Shown here: one piece after another, positions 25,210 through 37,283 of the stretch
How the letters are laid out: each line of letters begins with the position of its first letter
How positions within the stretch are numbered: the stretch's first letter is position 1
Assembly: GCA_964019425.1 (NCBI GenBank)
Contig: OZ025790.1
Location: 868,001 to 932,000 of the forward strand
Direction: 5' to 3'
Length of the DNA: 64,000 nucleotides
Origin: Flectonema sp. DT1601
Taxonomy: Eukaryota
Made by a program: the position numbers and the translations under genes
The notes under the pieces: generated by a model
What the model was told of the DNA's origin: nothing
The model's database searches: none
The model's input: the letters and a program-made list of their open reading frames with translations, nothing else

Positions 25210-26145
25210 TTAGTCATGAGAGAAGAAACTACTGCTGTCGCTGGATGAGTCGCTGGAATCGGTCGTGTCGTAGTCGATAGTGTCATCGCTAGTAATCCCG
25301 GAACCGTCACCAACTATCAGTCCTAATCGTTCTCTGAGAATCCAACGAAATCTTCTAAGTAGAGTCTTTCCTTCTGATATTGTTATAGGTAGACTTAATC
25401 CTAATCCACAAAGCATTACCTCAACAGCCTGTTGCGAGAATGTAATATTATCTGCTATGTCAAGTGCTGGTGTTTCGGTTGGGAAATCCGTCGCAACCGC
25501 CCATAAGTTTTCCAAAACAAAACCCCAATTTGAATGTCTAGTTATATACATGGTAGGAAGCCAACCAATCCTCAAGAATGAACCTTGCTTTTTAATTGTA
25601 TATTGCAAGCGAGAGTTTGATATTGTCGGAACCCAGTCAACAAGTCTCCAAGTCATAGGCCTTCCATCGATGTCACACTTTAATCGTTTTCCACAACTTG
25701 CTATTTCGTAGACCATTCCGTCAGATCCTATTTCTCTGACTTGAACAGACTCACAGGCATTGTCGTTTGATTGGTGTCTACAGCTGCAGTGTTTTTTTTT
25801 AAAATACCACCTCGATCTCATTATTTGATCTTCCGTTATGTATGTTTGCCGTTGATACTTAATCGCTTCTCTCATCGCAGATTTTCCCTTCCTGCTAGAG
25901 ATATGCGTGTGTATAATGTCTGGGATGTTAACTTTTCCCTGGAGTATTTTTTTACAACGAATCTCCCAGGTGCTGTTATCATCTAGTATGTTTTTAATAT
26001 CCCTCGATGACCTGATAGCTGTTGCTATGTCTCCCAAGGATAAATAAAACTGTATGGTTATCATTATATCTGGATACAACAACAAACTTCTCAACTCTGA
26101 AGTAAAAGCATCACTTGGTTGCTTTCTTTTTCGCCTTCGTATCAT
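25210..26145 (-). CDS. Hypothetical protein with F-box-like N-terminus
   Basis: LYPDIMITIQFYLSLGDI...S...ILDDNSTW resembles an F-box. Acidic tail. Start is uncertain. Confidence 0.65.
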   Translation of the reverse strand: MIRRRKRKQPSDAFTSELRSLLLYPDIMITIQFYLSLGDIATAIRSSRDIKNILDDNSTWEIRCKKILQGKVNIPDIIHTHISSRKGKSAMREAIKYQRQTYITEDQIMRSRWYFKKKHCSCRHQSNDNACESVQVREIGSDGMVYEIASCGKRLKCDIDGRPMTWRLVDWVPTISNSRLQYTIKKQGSFLRIGWLPTMYITRHSNWGFVLENLWAVATDFPTETPALDIADNITFSQQAVEVMLCGLGLSLPITISEGKTLLRRFRWILRERLGLIVGDGSGITSDDTIDYDTTDSSDSSSDSSSFFSHD

Positions 26146-26445
26146 AATTACAAACGTAAGCACCTGTAATGGTAATGTATTAGAATTAGATTTAATTCCT
26201 AATGAGGAGATGACACCATCATAATACTGCGGTAGTAATAATTAAATGACCCGAGTAAACGCTCCACGTCCAATATATTTAAACCAATTATCGCTATTTA
26301 TATTATAGTAAAAAAAAAAAAAAAAAAAAAAAGAATCTGATGAGATTAAAAATAATATTATTTTATAAAAAATATAAAAGAAAATTACGATAAGACAGAA
26401 CAATCTGAAAACAGGTTAGGATAGAAGTAATAGATGAGTTCTGGT

Positions 26446-27264
26446 TCACTTTCCAAATCTTCCGAAGTTTGAGGCGCTGAGATTCATGATTATATTGCCA
26501 GAGATCCCTAAGACGACACTGAAAACCATACCTGGCCATCGATATCGTTGGTGACGTGCAGATCGTGGGATGAGTAAATATATGACTGACATGACTCCAA
26601 AAAAGAATCCCAACAACAGACAAAAAAACATTTCTTTTTGAGCGAATTCAGCAACAGGAACATCAGAGTTACCTTGATCAATATCAACAGTGATACTGCT
26701 ACTAGTCACTGCTGACCTAACAGAAGGAGGTAGGACTGGTTGAGGTGGTGGACTTGGTATTGGTTGAGGATCGTGTTGATTCTCTAGCCACTCCTCTTCT
26801 AAATTTAACATTTCAGTTGTTGATAAATCTGATCTTCTGAACTGCTGTCTCATATTACTGATGTCTGTTTCCCCAAACCCCATCTCTCTTAACCTATCAA
26901 ATCCTCTATAAACTGGTTGTTCTTCTACTGTCGATGACGTTTCTCTTACCAAAGGCGTAACAAGACAGTGAACCACTTCTCCCTCAACTAACTTTGCTAA
27001 AATTTGGTCTGTAAGATGTTGTCCTCTGCATATCAGAGTAATTTGTGTTTTTACTTCACATTTCTTTAACTCATTCATGATGATTAAAATATCTTTTGAT
27101 CTCAAAATCTCTCGTTTGAGGAGGTCAGTTGAGGAGATAGAATCAGTTCGTTGGATCATAATCATCATCTCTTCTCTCATTGAATCCCATATCGTTGGAG
27201 CAATAACAGACTTTGCTTCCCGAAGTCCATTAAAGTGGACGCGGACTCCGACATCTAACGACAT
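26446..27264 (-). CDS. Dsc3-like protein (Ubl domain, DUF2407-type C-terminus, transmembrane helices)
   Basis: LICRGQHL, VVHCLV, RGFDRLREMGF..DI..MRQQF, LEEEWL, LLGFFFG. Likely ATG at 27264. Confidence 0.75.
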   Translation of the reverse strand: MSLDVGVRVHFNGLREAKSVIAPTIWDSMREEMMIMIQRTDSISSTDLLKREILRSKDILIIMNELKKCEVKTQITLICRGQHLTDQILAKLVEGEVVHCLVTPLVRETSSTVEEQPVYRGFDRLREMGFGETDISNMRQQFRRSDLSTTEMLNLEEEWLENQHDPQPIPSPPPQPVLPPSVRSAVTSSSITVDIDQGNSDVPVAEFAQKEMFFCLLLGFFFGVMSVIYLLIPRSARHQRYRWPGMVFSVVLGISGNIIMNLSASNFGRFGK

Positions 27265-27355
27265 ACTGAAAGAGAAACATGTAACTTTATATATTAAAAA
27301 AAAACCTAAAGTACGAAATTTAAAACGCGTTGATATAAAAGCATTTGGATTATTC

Positions 27356-28951
27356 TCAAGCATGTAATAGCGGTAAATTTTGAGAGGGAGAATTCCTCTT
27401 TTGCTCTTCAAGAAATAAAATATAGTCCAACGGATCTACTCTGACAAGTGCCGTGAATGGAATCATTGCGGGTGGTAATGGCAGACCAGTTAAGTTACGT
27501 CGAATGGTGTCACGTAGCTGTCTGTTGTTATTAAAGCAAACATTGCTGTGGAATAGGACGTCAAGAGAAAGTTGAATAGAAGAACTGTAAGTATTTGTCT
27601 TACGGCTGCTATCAGCAAGAGATATCGTTCCTTTTATTATTATCGACGGCATCAGTGTTGGGACGTCAGATTGGGTTACTGCTCTACTTGGGTCAGCAGG
27701 CCTGAATAATACATCATCATCTTGTCCAGGGGGAGTTAACGTTTCTTTGATAATGGTGTCGCCACCATCAACTCCGTACTGAAGTTGTTCGATTGTAGGT
27801 GGTTTCATACTTTGTGGTTTTGTGATAGCAGCCGGTTCGATTCCCTCATGTAGTTTACGAGTTAGTTTTGTAAAATACTTCGCCCATTCTTCTCGACGAC
27901 GGAGAACTTTTTTTTGATAGTCACCAGGAGCTCCTTTATCAAAATCAACTTGCAGTAATTCAACAACATAGTTACGAAGTGGTGATGACAACTGTTGAAA
28001 AGATCTCGCATTATGAATTGACACCATATCCTCAGGGCTGTCATCAATACCATAAGACCAACAACTATAAGCAGAGTCTGTATCATCTTGTGGTAGATCT
28101 CCTTCTATTCCTTTACTTTCCTTAATGTCGTTCATCATCTCACTTAGCTGAACAGCTCCTTGAACTGCTTCATCAATATGAGCATTTGGTCCGTTCATTT
28201 TCATGAAGCGTTCTTGCATTGGAAATTCATCAAATATTTCATAAATTGGATAAATACTCTTTCCATAGAATGATCTGATCTCTGAACGTGTTGCTCCGTC
28301 TGGAGGACATTGCAAGTCGTTTTGATTACTCAGATGAATTGAACATTTACCATCAGCAGTCCCGTGTCGTAAGCAAACATGTTTACCGTCTTCACTGAAT
28401 ATGGTGTGACCGCATGGTTTGTTTCTTAGTAGCGCTGTGAGCCATATTCTTTCTGAAGGTTGGATGTTTAGTCTTGCGAATAATTTTATTCGTTCAGGTC
28501 CTGATAAGTCTCTTAAGGTGTCGTATGATATTCCGTTGTTATCAAGCTGATCAAAAAGTTTTTCTATTCGTTTTCCACCTTGAAGTCTTTTGTTGTCGAC
28601 ACCACATCCGGAATGCTCTAAGTTCCAAAACATCAATCGCAATGACGCTCGGGAATCTGTTCCAGTTTTCCTAACTAAATATTGCTGAGAATGTTTTTTT
28701 GGATTATATGATATTATGTCTTTATCTACTCCTCCTTGTTTTATTTTCATCATCGAGTAAGTTCCTGAGAATTCATTAAATCCTTTAATTAAATCATCTT
28801 CTTTACTTTTATTATTTTTAATAAATGTAGGATTGCTATCAACAATAGCATTGGCAATTGGTGAATTAACAATCGTGTCTTTTGTTGTTTTACGAGGATT
28901 GAATACGACGCCTTTTCGTTTTTTTATATTCTTAAATTTAAGTTTTTTCAT
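27356..28951 (-). CDS. Hypothetical protein, possible SAM-like segment
   Basis: 531-aa ORF. Confidence 0.75.
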   Translation of the reverse strand: MKKLKFKNIKKRKGVVFNPRKTTKDTIVNSPIANAIVDSNPTFIKNNKSKEDDLIKGFNEFSGTYSMMKIKQGGVDKDIISYNPKKHSQQYLVRKTGTDSRASLRLMFWNLEHSGCGVDNKRLQGGKRIEKLFDQLDNNGISYDTLRDLSGPERIKLFARLNIQPSERIWLTALLRNKPCGHTIFSEDGKHVCLRHGTADGKCSIHLSNQNDLQCPPDGATRSEIRSFYGKSIYPIYEIFDEFPMQERFMKMNGPNAHIDEAVQGAVQLSEMMNDIKESKGIEGDLPQDDTDSAYSCWSYGIDDSPEDMVSIHNARSFQQLSSPLRNYVVELLQVDFDKGAPGDYQKKVLRRREEWAKYFTKLTRKLHEGIEPAAITKPQSMKPPTIEQLQYGVDGGDTIIKETLTPPGQDDDVLFRPADPSRAVTQSDVPTLMPSIIIKGTISLADSSRKTNTYSSSIQLSLDVLFHSNVCFNNNRQLRDTIRRNLTGLPLPPAMIPFTALVRVDPLDYILFLEEQKRNSPSQNLPLLHA

Positions 28952-29086
28952 ATTTTTTTTTTTTTATTTTTTTTATACAAAAAGGGGTGTCTGTAAAAAA
29001 AAAAATAAATAAATAAATAAAATTTGCAATAATAGGGATTGTTACTAAATATATAACGACAAAGTGTAAATATGGGTAAACCTACA

Positions 29087-30559
29087 TCAGACTGCAGGGG
29101 GTGGTTCTGCTTCAATCATACAAGTTACGTCATCATTAAGTAGTTGCAGCCTTCCATCTTTGAAATCTGATACAGTGATGTCCATTCTGTTCAGACTCTC
29201 TCCGTCTTGAAGAAATATTATATACGCTGAGGAGCTCTCAAGAACAGTTGCCCATGAAATAGAATCAAGCGATTTAATAAAATCAACCCATTGACTAGCA
29301 GTTGTGTGATAGTCTGCTAAGACTGAATGATGAATAGACATCGTAAGAGCAGCGTCATACATGTGTTTTAAACAATTTATATATTTCGGAGGAGTTGTTT
29401 CCGGTGGTGGAATCACTATTGCTCGTTCTCTTTTTACAGCTCCTTCCCGACCAGCACTGTAGGCTATCCGAAAGAGCATTTCAAAAAACAATAACTCACC
29501 TTTCTCCTTCGTAGATTGCGTTACACGTTCGCAATGTTTCACTGCGTCTGCTGTTACACCAAAAAGTGGTGGTTTATGACGAACAAGCCATGGAATTACT
29601 GATTTATAAACTTGCTTAAATAAGAATGCAAAAACTTTTTCCTCTTTGGTATACTTAACGGGAGGATACGAATTTAAGTGTCCGGTATCACTCACAACAC
29701 ACTCAACGAATCTACTTGATACCAAATGTCTTAAAGAACATCCAATATGACCCAAGTGAGTACCAATAGAAGGCTCTCCGCTGAATATAAACTTAGCACC
29801 GGAGTCACGAGCATGCAGGAACCCAATACTTAACAATGACTTGTTCTCTGTTGTTGTTTTATTTAATAACAAAAACTGAATATTTTCACTTGCTGAAAGC
29901 TTTTCTGTTATGCTATTTTGAGCGGCACGACCACACCAATTATCAGGTGAAGAATCAACATATGTGAGCTTCCAGTTGATTTGAGTGTTACGAAAAAGCC
30001 ACTGCAACTGTCTGAGCTGAGCAGTAATGAGTGATTCTCCCTTAGCATGCTCTTCTACTCTGAGAAACTTTGCGGCGACGTATTCACCTTCCAGTGGGAT
30101 GATGACTTCAATTACTGTTGTTGTATTATTAAGATCGTCTGTTAAAACATAATATCTACTTAAGGCTAAGTAGATAATTAATTGAACCAACGGAGGTGAG
30201 TTATTCAAATTTAATAATTGTTTTTGTAGTTCATCTTCCGTACATATTTCAGCTAACAGATCAGCTCCAGAATGAGCTATTCTATTCCATTCCTCACTCC
30301 TGCAATCAGCTGTAGACGGAATTGATATTTTCAACGTGTTGATTAAGAACGTTGAATCAACTTTCCTACTCGTTAGTATGAAATGTTGTAATGAATTGCT
30401 GTTTAGTACGATGCCTTGATCCCTACTTAGTAGTCCACTAAGCATTCTTGCTGGGTTTGAACTATTAACTAACTGTTGCATCTCTGCACAATAACTAAGC
30501 AAGAATAATAATCCTGATGACTGAAGGAATTCTCTTCTGTTTTCCTGAGTCTTTTGCAT
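29087..30559 (-). CDS. Hypothetical protein, possibly with a degenerate GT2-like fold
   Basis: About 490-aa ORF. The fold guess is weak (WKLTYVDSSPD). Confidence 0.7.
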   Translation of the reverse strand: MQKTQENRREFLQSSGLLFLLSYCAEMQQLVNSSNPARMLSGLLSRDQGIVLNSNSLQHFILTSRKVDSTFLINTLKISIPSTADCRSEEWNRIAHSGADLLAEICTEDELQKQLLNLNNSPPLVQLIIYLALSRYYVLTDDLNNTTTVIEVIIPLEGEYVAAKFLRVEEHAKGESLITAQLRQLQWLFRNTQINWKLTYVDSSPDNWCGRAAQNSITEKLSASENIQFLLLNKTTTENKSLLSIGFLHARDSGAKFIFSGEPSIGTHLGHIGCSLRHLVSSRFVECVVSDTGHLNSYPPVKYTKEEKVFAFLFKQVYKSVIPWLVRHKPPLFGVTADAVKHCERVTQSTKEKGELLFFEMLFRIAYSAGREGAVKRERAIVIPPPETTPPKYINCLKHMYDAALTMSIHHSVLADYHTTASQWVDFIKSLDSISWATVLESSSAYIIFLQDGESLNRMDITVSDFKDGRLQLLNDDVTCMIEAEPPPAV

Positions 30560-31148
30560 TGCAACATCAAAATCTGAGGGGGGAAATTTTAAAAAAAAAA
30601 AATAACTCTCCTTCACAAAAAACTATTACCTTAAGTTACAACAAACGACAATGGCAGCTTCAAAGCTGCTCAGTAGTTTTTTTTTTTTTTTTTTTTTTTA
30701 AACATCGAGCGCTCTATAAAGTTTTTTTTTTTTTTTAAACGAAATAACCAGGGGGTTAAGATTGATATTAAAATTATATCTTGGTGGAGGGGCGAGGGGT
30801 GGGAGGGAACAATCTAGAAACAATAAATGGGGAAGGAGGGAAATAGCTCTTGGGAAGCTCTCCGTCATCTAATATAAAATACAAAAACCCAGTTGCCGGA
30901 TTGGCTCACTGAGCGTGTCAAAAAGATAGATACAAATATTATTTGAAGGGAAAAAAAAAAGGTGTCCCCAGAATCGAACCTGCGCATTAATTATCCTACG
31001 TTGCGGAAATTGGAAAAAAAGAGACTAAAGACATAAAAAAGCCCACGTTGAATGCGTCAACGCATTATAAGCCACTGACGCAGAAGAAAACAAAAACAAA
31101 AACAAAAACAAAAAAAAATTCCAGAATTCAACAGTAAAAAGAATAACA

Positions 31149-33947
31149 TCAACGCATCACTGATGACACTGATGGACTAGTCGGAAAGATATGTCGAGTA
31201 GTGTGACGAGGAGTTGTTTGAACAGGTACAGGTAAAACACCAATAGAATGAATTAGTGGATGTGGTTTCACAGCTTGAGGAACAGATGGTGACATCATCA
31301 ACAATGGTCTGTATTGTGAAGGAACAGCTAAAGGTGGTGCAGTCACAACAGGACTCACTTCAACAGGCTGCGGAATCACATCCACGCTCGTTGAGATAGG
31401 AGATCGAATTACAGACATGTGTTCTTCAAAAGGTTCGATCTGACAGCCGATAATCTGATTAGTCATTTCTTTTATATTCTGATTAACAGTATCATTCTCA
31501 GCCTGAAGTTGTGCGAATCTAACTTGAAGCTCTTGTAGATGATGTGATTTATCTACTTCAGAATCGCGGTAGCGATCTCTCTCAGATCTGACTTGACGGA
31601 GGGCATTGACAAGCCAGCTTTCTATCTCTGGTGATGCAATCCAATGTTCAGTTAGTCCAGGTGATGGTTCCATTAGAATCATAGAAATACTTTCAACTAT
31701 CCTACGGAGTTCAGATTGTTCTGATTTACTTCCTTGATAGTCAGATCTTAAGATTAACATTTCCTGTTCTGCTTCAGAACTTCTCGCCTCAAGCAACGCA
31801 GCTCTTCGCGATTGCTCAGTCATTTTCGCAATAGCGTTCTCATGTTCACCCACCAATGCTACTTCCCTTACTCGTTGGTTTCTTTCGAGAGATTCAAAGT
31901 CTCTAACTTTTTGACTCATATCCTCACCTCTTGCTATGAGATGCTCCTTCAAATCTTTTATACGACCAAGTCGTTGCCAGTCTTGACACCATGTTGGAAC
32001 AAGGATTAGTCTTAGTCCTTCAAGGATTTCATTACAAGTATCAACTTCACGTTTTAATTGTTTAGTTTTATTGTAGTGTTGAGATTCTCTCAGAAGACGT
32101 TCTAGTTCTCCATTTCGCGATCTGATTTCTTCCATTTCGTGTGTTAATCGACTGAGTCCTTGAATTTCAAGTTCTTTTGCTTCTAAGAGTCGGGTGGCTT
32201 TGAGTGCATCTGCCTGTGCCATGGAAAGCTCTCCGCGGATTCCTGAACGTTCTGCTTCCATTTCGGTTTCTAAGTGCGAACGGTCTTCTATTGTTTTTAT
32301 TTTTGATTTTTCGAGAGTTTCCTGAGCAGCTCGTAACGCTTCTCTAAGTTCTTCATTATCTTGTTCAGATGATTCTAAAGCATGAGTGTGATCGTTGAGA
32401 GTCTTTTGTAACTTCTGAATATCGTGATCAGTTGCTTCCATTGATCGTTCCCAATCTTCATTGAGTCTGGCTGCTTCTTCTCTGCGAACTTCAGGTATGG
32501 TTGACTTTATGTGATTAATTTCTTGCGATTTATGATCAAGTTGTGTATTCAGGCTTAATATGTTCTCCTGGAGTTGGGATAACTGACGATCATTGTCAGA
32601 TTCTTTCCGCATGAATTCTTGCTCCAAGTCAGCGAGTGCTCTTCTGTGAGCATTTCTCTCCGATGTCATTTGTACTTCGTGTGATTTTGTTATTTGTATT
32701 TCCATCGTTCTCATTCGATTTTCTACATCTTCCATTTCAACTCCTCTGGCAGTGATTTCACGTTGTGCGAGTTGCTCTGCTCGGCGTTCTTGGTCGCGTA
32801 GCTGGTGAGTTAGTTTCTCAATCTCTCTTTCGTAATTGTCGCGTTCAGAAAAGTTTAATTGTTGAATGCTGGAATAGTTATCAATAATAGCAGTGGCTGA
32901 CCCTCCAGCTAATCGACCAACTCTTGAACGAGATACTGATACCTGAGGATCACTTCTCACAGGGCTACCTGGACTCGTTGGTGACATCCATTTACGTTCT
33001 GGAGATCCTGCACGTCCAGTCAGATGAGTTGGAGATAAGCGTCCTGATGGTGATAACGGACTTGTGTTTCCACACGATGCTAAACCTTCAAGATACCCTT
33101 CGAGTCCTGATGATAACGTGTTTGGATGCATAACTAACACTCCGATACTTTCAGCTGATTTCACTGAAAGTTGTAAGAACTCTGGTACAGCAGCGTTCAC
33201 CATAACAGAACTTCTTATCTGAGGAATCAATGAGAGCAAGTCAAATGAATCCATATGAGGAGAAGACACATCTAAAATAGAAATCGTCGATTCCCTTCCA
33301 TTGACGATAACGGAAAAAGTTAGCAACAGAGAGAGAGACTGAGACAACCTTATAAAAGAAGGGGATTGCAATACTTTATTTAACAAAGACGTAAATGATG
33401 CTACCGTGCTCACGGTCATTAATTTGCAGTTTAATTGAGTTGTGGGCGCAGCTTCTGAAAGATGTGATGAGACACTAGCAGTGCTGCTGACACTGCTCGC
33501 GGTTCCTAAATTCTTTAACAAATCAACTGCATGTGTTCCTTTCTCTTTAAGACAAGCAAGAGAAAATCTAACGTGAGCATCCGCACCGAGGGTTGGTAGA
33601 TCTCTGTATAAACGGATCGCAAGTCCATCACTATAGTTGGCCCTTTTATTGTTGAGGGGAACCTTTCCGAAAAGCATTTCTAATCTCTGAGATTCGCTCC
33701 TTTCACCACAAATCACAGTACAGCTTCCTCTAGATTTCCTCGTCCCTTCTATGAGGTGTGCTCTCATGAACTCCTCAAAAACACTTTGTTTTGTACTAAA
33801 TTGTGGAAACACTTGTGAGAATCGATAACTTTTCTGTCCCTTTCCCACTCGCAGTACCCCATCTCCACCTACAGTAAATGCCCCATTACTTGCATCAGCC
33901 CCTGACTCCCCAAAATCCGTTACGTACCATCCGGTCTGGATCACCAT
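31149..33947 (-). CDS. Divergent kinesin-motor-like domain plus long coiled coil
   Basis: KSYRFSQVFPQFSTKQSVFE, VRFSL, AVDLL, ISILDV resemble kinesin strands, but no P-loop. Likely ATG at 33947. Confidence 0.7.
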   Translation of the reverse strand: MVIQTGWYVTDFGESGADASNGAFTVGGDGVLRVGKGQKSYRFSQVFPQFSTKQSVFEEFMRAHLIEGTRKSRGSCTVICGERSESQRLEMLFGKVPLNNKRANYSDGLAIRLYRDLPTLGADAHVRFSLACLKEKGTHAVDLLKNLGTASSVSSTASVSSHLSEAAPTTQLNCKLMTVSTVASFTSLLNKVLQSPSFIRLSQSLSLLLTFSVIVNGRESTISILDVSSPHMDSFDLLSLIPQIRSSVMVNAAVPEFLQLSVKSAESIGVLVMHPNTLSSGLEGYLEGLASCGNTSPLSPSGRLSPTHLTGRAGSPERKWMSPTSPGSPVRSDPQVSVSRSRVGRLAGGSATAIIDNYSSIQQLNFSERDNYEREIEKLTHQLRDQERRAEQLAQREITARGVEMEDVENRMRTMEIQITKSHEVQMTSERNAHRRALADLEQEFMRKESDNDRQLSQLQENILSLNTQLDHKSQEINHIKSTIPEVRREEAARLNEDWERSMEATDHDIQKLQKTLNDHTHALESSEQDNEELREALRAAQETLEKSKIKTIEDRSHLETEMEAERSGIRGELSMAQADALKATRLLEAKELEIQGLSRLTHEMEEIRSRNGELERLLRESQHYNKTKQLKREVDTCNEILEGLRLILVPTWCQDWQRLGRIKDLKEHLIARGEDMSQKVRDFESLERNQRVREVALVGEHENAIAKMTEQSRRAALLEARSSEAEQEMLILRSDYQGSKSEQSELRRIVESISMILMEPSPGLTEHWIASPEIESWLVNALRQVRSERDRYRDSEVDKSHHLQELQVRFAQLQAENDTVNQNIKEMTNQIIGCQIEPFEEHMSVIRSPISTSVDVIPQPVEVSPVVTAPPLAVPSQYRPLLMMSPSVPQAVKPHPLIHSIGVLPVPVQTTPRHTTRHIFPTSPSVSSVMR

Positions 33948-34468
33948 CCAGGCAGCTTGTGCAGGGAAGGAACTGTAGAAATAAGGTAAGAACAAACAAA
34001 CAGAAAAATTAAAATAAACCAAAAGAAGGAAAACTTTCCTTTCTCATGTTCACTCTACCCTGTAAGAATCACAACAGTAAGAAGGACTATCTGCGCAGAA
34101 TAATATAAACAAGGCGTATAAGGATTACCAGGCGGTACAACAAATAATTACAAAAAGAAAAAAGGAAAGGAAAGGAAAGGAAAGGAAAGGAAAGGAAAAA
34201 AAAGAACATCAAAAAAAAACAAAAAAAAATGGGGGAAAAAAGACAAATAGCTGAAAGTCCTACCTAGTTGGCGTCGGTAGTTTTTTTTTTTTTTTTTTTT
34301 TTTCGTATCGTTTTCCGAATCATAAATTAGGTCACGTCACAGCCGTGAAGCCCTCTCACTGTGTAATATAAATATTTTCAAATCCGAAGCAAAAAAAGGG
34401 TGGTGATCCACCACATATAAAATCATGAGTGAGAAAGACAAGATGACACACAGTCACTAGAATATGAA

Positions 34469-35787
34469 CTACATTGGCACAGAAGGATTAGGAGAGACCG
34501 ATACCCTCCTAACAACATCAGCAGAAGCACTACGGATACTCGAACCTCTACCTTTCAGACTACTACGATAAGGAACTGAAGAACAAGGTTTCACACGTTG
34601 AATCGATGGAGACTTTGTTCGGGGAGTAGGTGTTGCAGAACGAATCCTAGAAGCGGGAGACTTACCTCGAATAATAGACGATGCTGATCCGCTTCGCTGT
34701 CGTCGGGCAGCCTGTTTTGATATTATCAAAAGAAAACAAAAAAGAAATTATCCAAAAACGAATCATAATATTATGCCAACGTTCCCCTCTTTTTTTTTTC
34801 CACCAAAACTTGATAACGAAAAAAAAAGACAGATTACAAAATAAAAGAATTACACACATGAATAAGAGCATCAGCATCCAAAGTAGCAGCTGCTGTGAGT
34901 TTAGCAAGTCTCTTCTTTTTAGATTCTTTAGAAAGTGAGCGATGAACATCTGATGGAAGGTATGAGGAGCTCGTATTTGGGGAAGTCGTTCCAAATGGTG
35001 ATTGGTAAGTCCTACCACGATTACGTACACGAATGTCATCAGCAAGCCCAGGTATTGAGTACTGAACTTGAGTAGTAGCTGGTCTAACAGGTGGTATTCT
35101 ATAACTTTGTGATCTAAGAGAAGCACCAGCATTGCTTGATTTCATCATACTGCCAGCTATCGTGTTGGGTTGTAACTTTCCAACCAATTCATGTCTTCTC
35201 ATTACCTCTGGTGATGGAGAAACAGATCTTGACCTCCTCTTTACCGGACCCTTTTGTGGCCGAGAATTAAAATCTCTACTAATTTGTTTATATTTCGTGT
35301 AGTCGCTTACAACTTTTCCATAAGTCTTTGTGATTTGAGGTTTTGGATGTCCTCTGCTTCTCCTTGAAAGAGGAGCAACGTTACCCATGGCCCGAGTTTG
35401 TTGACTCCTTCCAAGAGATGTATCAATATTATTAATCCCTCTTGGTGATATGGCGTTAGATATTCTAATAGGGGTGTTAGATACCAAGTGTTCAGCTCTA
35501 GTAAGCAATATATTTACAACAGATTCAGAACTTTCACCCCTCGATTGCAACAACGACGCGTAATACACGTCATCAGCTGTTAAGTATGTTAGAGCCCGAA
35601 GTTGACCAATTTGCAATTCCAGCGTAAGCCCTTTGCTCTTTGCAGCCATACCAGCATCATTAATAAGTAGTTGTACTTTAGCTGGTATGTCAGAGTACAC
35701 CCTCATGACTTCATCAGGTATTTCTAAGTCGTCATATTTTGATTCTTCCGGTGCGGTGATTGGGTCAACCGGCTTCGCCTCACTCAT
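34469..35787 (-). CDS. Ser/Arg-rich hypothetical protein, two exons (35787-34858, 34711-34469)
   Basis: Intron 34712-34857 (GTGTGT...ACAG, 146 nt) joins two ORFs in phase 0. Confidence 0.7.
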
Positions 35788-36543
35788 CCAAACTGATTTC
35801 AGATATTTGTTGTTGTTTTCTTTTCTGTGAGAATATAATGTAAACTTATTATTAGCAAGACTTGTAAAACTGCTTTTTTAGAGATGCTAACACAGAATTC
35901 AGACAGCTTCAACAGAGTGTCAAAAGACTTATTCGGTGAAATAATCTGAAATTTGATTCAGAAGCATCACACGCAGAACAAATAAAAAAAACTCCAAAAC
36001 AATTTAGACTTATACGATACAAGGGTAAAGATAATCATCTTTAGCATCCCATTCATCCCGATATCAAGTGAAGTATTTTCATTGCAGAAAGAAAAATTTG
36101 GCTAAACGGGAAAAAACTTTGTAACTCGTGGTGAACAGTTCTTGCTTTGCAGGGTTTGCTTGATAAAAGCAACTGCCAATGAAAGCACGATATGTAATAA
36201 GTCGGGGGAGATACCGTGCAGTTTATTTATTTTAATAACTGCGTTTTATCAAAGATGGATCTCAACATAAAGTAGGGCTCAAATTGTTAAAAGTTACGAC
36301 GAACAACCAACAACGAAACACACAAAAAAAAAGAATCCCACCAATGGTACTACTAGGTGTACTGTGGTAGTATATTTATAAAAGGAAATATATTATATGA
36401 GTTCAGGTTTTAATGGCTGGAAAAGAAACCGGTGGGGGAAATCGTTCGAAAATAATTCGTAATTTGAAGGAGGGGAAAATCGACAGAATACCGAATGGTT
36501 AGTTAATTAGCAATCCCGACATACCATCGTAGTACCAGTTAGT

Positions 36544-37143
36544 ATTAATAATTATCAGTCAATCAAAAAAAAAAAAAAAGTAAAAATTCGTAGGACAACA
36601 AACAAGTTGGTTTCGGGCTAAGATTAAAAACAATCTTTCTCCGGACCATTCCCCTTACCCAGCCCTCTTCATCGAAGAAAGCAAGGGGGACACTGCGGTG
36701 TCAGGCCTGTCCTACTCATTTTGCCCTTCTCAGCCAAGGGAACCACGTCAACATGGTTATTTCTTTTACCAGTCCCCTTATATAAATATAAGTGAACGCG
36801 GGATACCAACAAAATGAGTGGGGCAGAGTTATGTTTATGGGGGTAACTTGATACTATAATTAAATATAAAGCAACTTGAAACTGGCTAAAACGAATATAG
36901 GGTTCGGCCAAACCTGGTTGCAATGAAAAGAGACCAACAGTTGGTTTCGATAAAATTCCATACGTGCCATGGGACTTGGATAAATAAATCAAGGGTTAAC
37001 ACGCAACAAATTAGACATGAATCATTATAACTGGATTCTGTCCACACAAAATCGCATGGGGGAGAATAATAAAAAAATAAAAAGGTTTCCACTCATGCTC
37101 AGACACTATTCTATAGAAGTGTCCGAGTCTCGGAGCACAACTT
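36544..37143 (-). mobile_element. Family B copy 2 plus extension, flanked by a diverged ~60-bp duplication
   Basis: 36544-36790 matches 9580-9810. The flank 36483-36542 recurs as 37144-37164 plus 37301-37339. Confidence 0.7.
36608..36688 (-). ncRNA. Putative permuted hammerhead ribozyme, family B copy 2
   Basis: Same as 9637-9717 with one A>G change in stem I that keeps pairing as G-U. Confidence 0.6.
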
Positions 37144-37164
37144 ACAGAATACTGAATGGTTAGT

Positions 37165-37283
37165 ATCATTAATTTTAGAACAGAAAAGTGAGAATAAGAA
37201 AAGTAGAGATCAATAAAAGAAAAGTATTCATTTCTGCAGTTTCCTAACATCAAAGGGTAATAGAATATGTAGTTTCAGGCCTT
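37165..37283 (-). mobile_element. Family A copy 2, 5-prime truncated
   Basis: Perfect 17-bp TSD AATACTGAATGGTTAGT at 37148-37164 and 37284-37300. Confidence 0.88.

Noticed and set aside
34163..34198. (GGAAA)n microsatellite and the many poly(A)/poly(T) tracts
   Set aside because: Ordinary low-complexity intergenic sequence. The short Lys/Phe-rich ORFs over such tracts are spurious.
36669..36992. Peptide HGTYGILSKPTVGLF (also at 17.3 kb) as a decayed GIY-YIG endonuclease
   Set aside because: No YIG motif, the match is only ~55 bp, and it coincides with a hairpin. Coding conservation cannot be shown.
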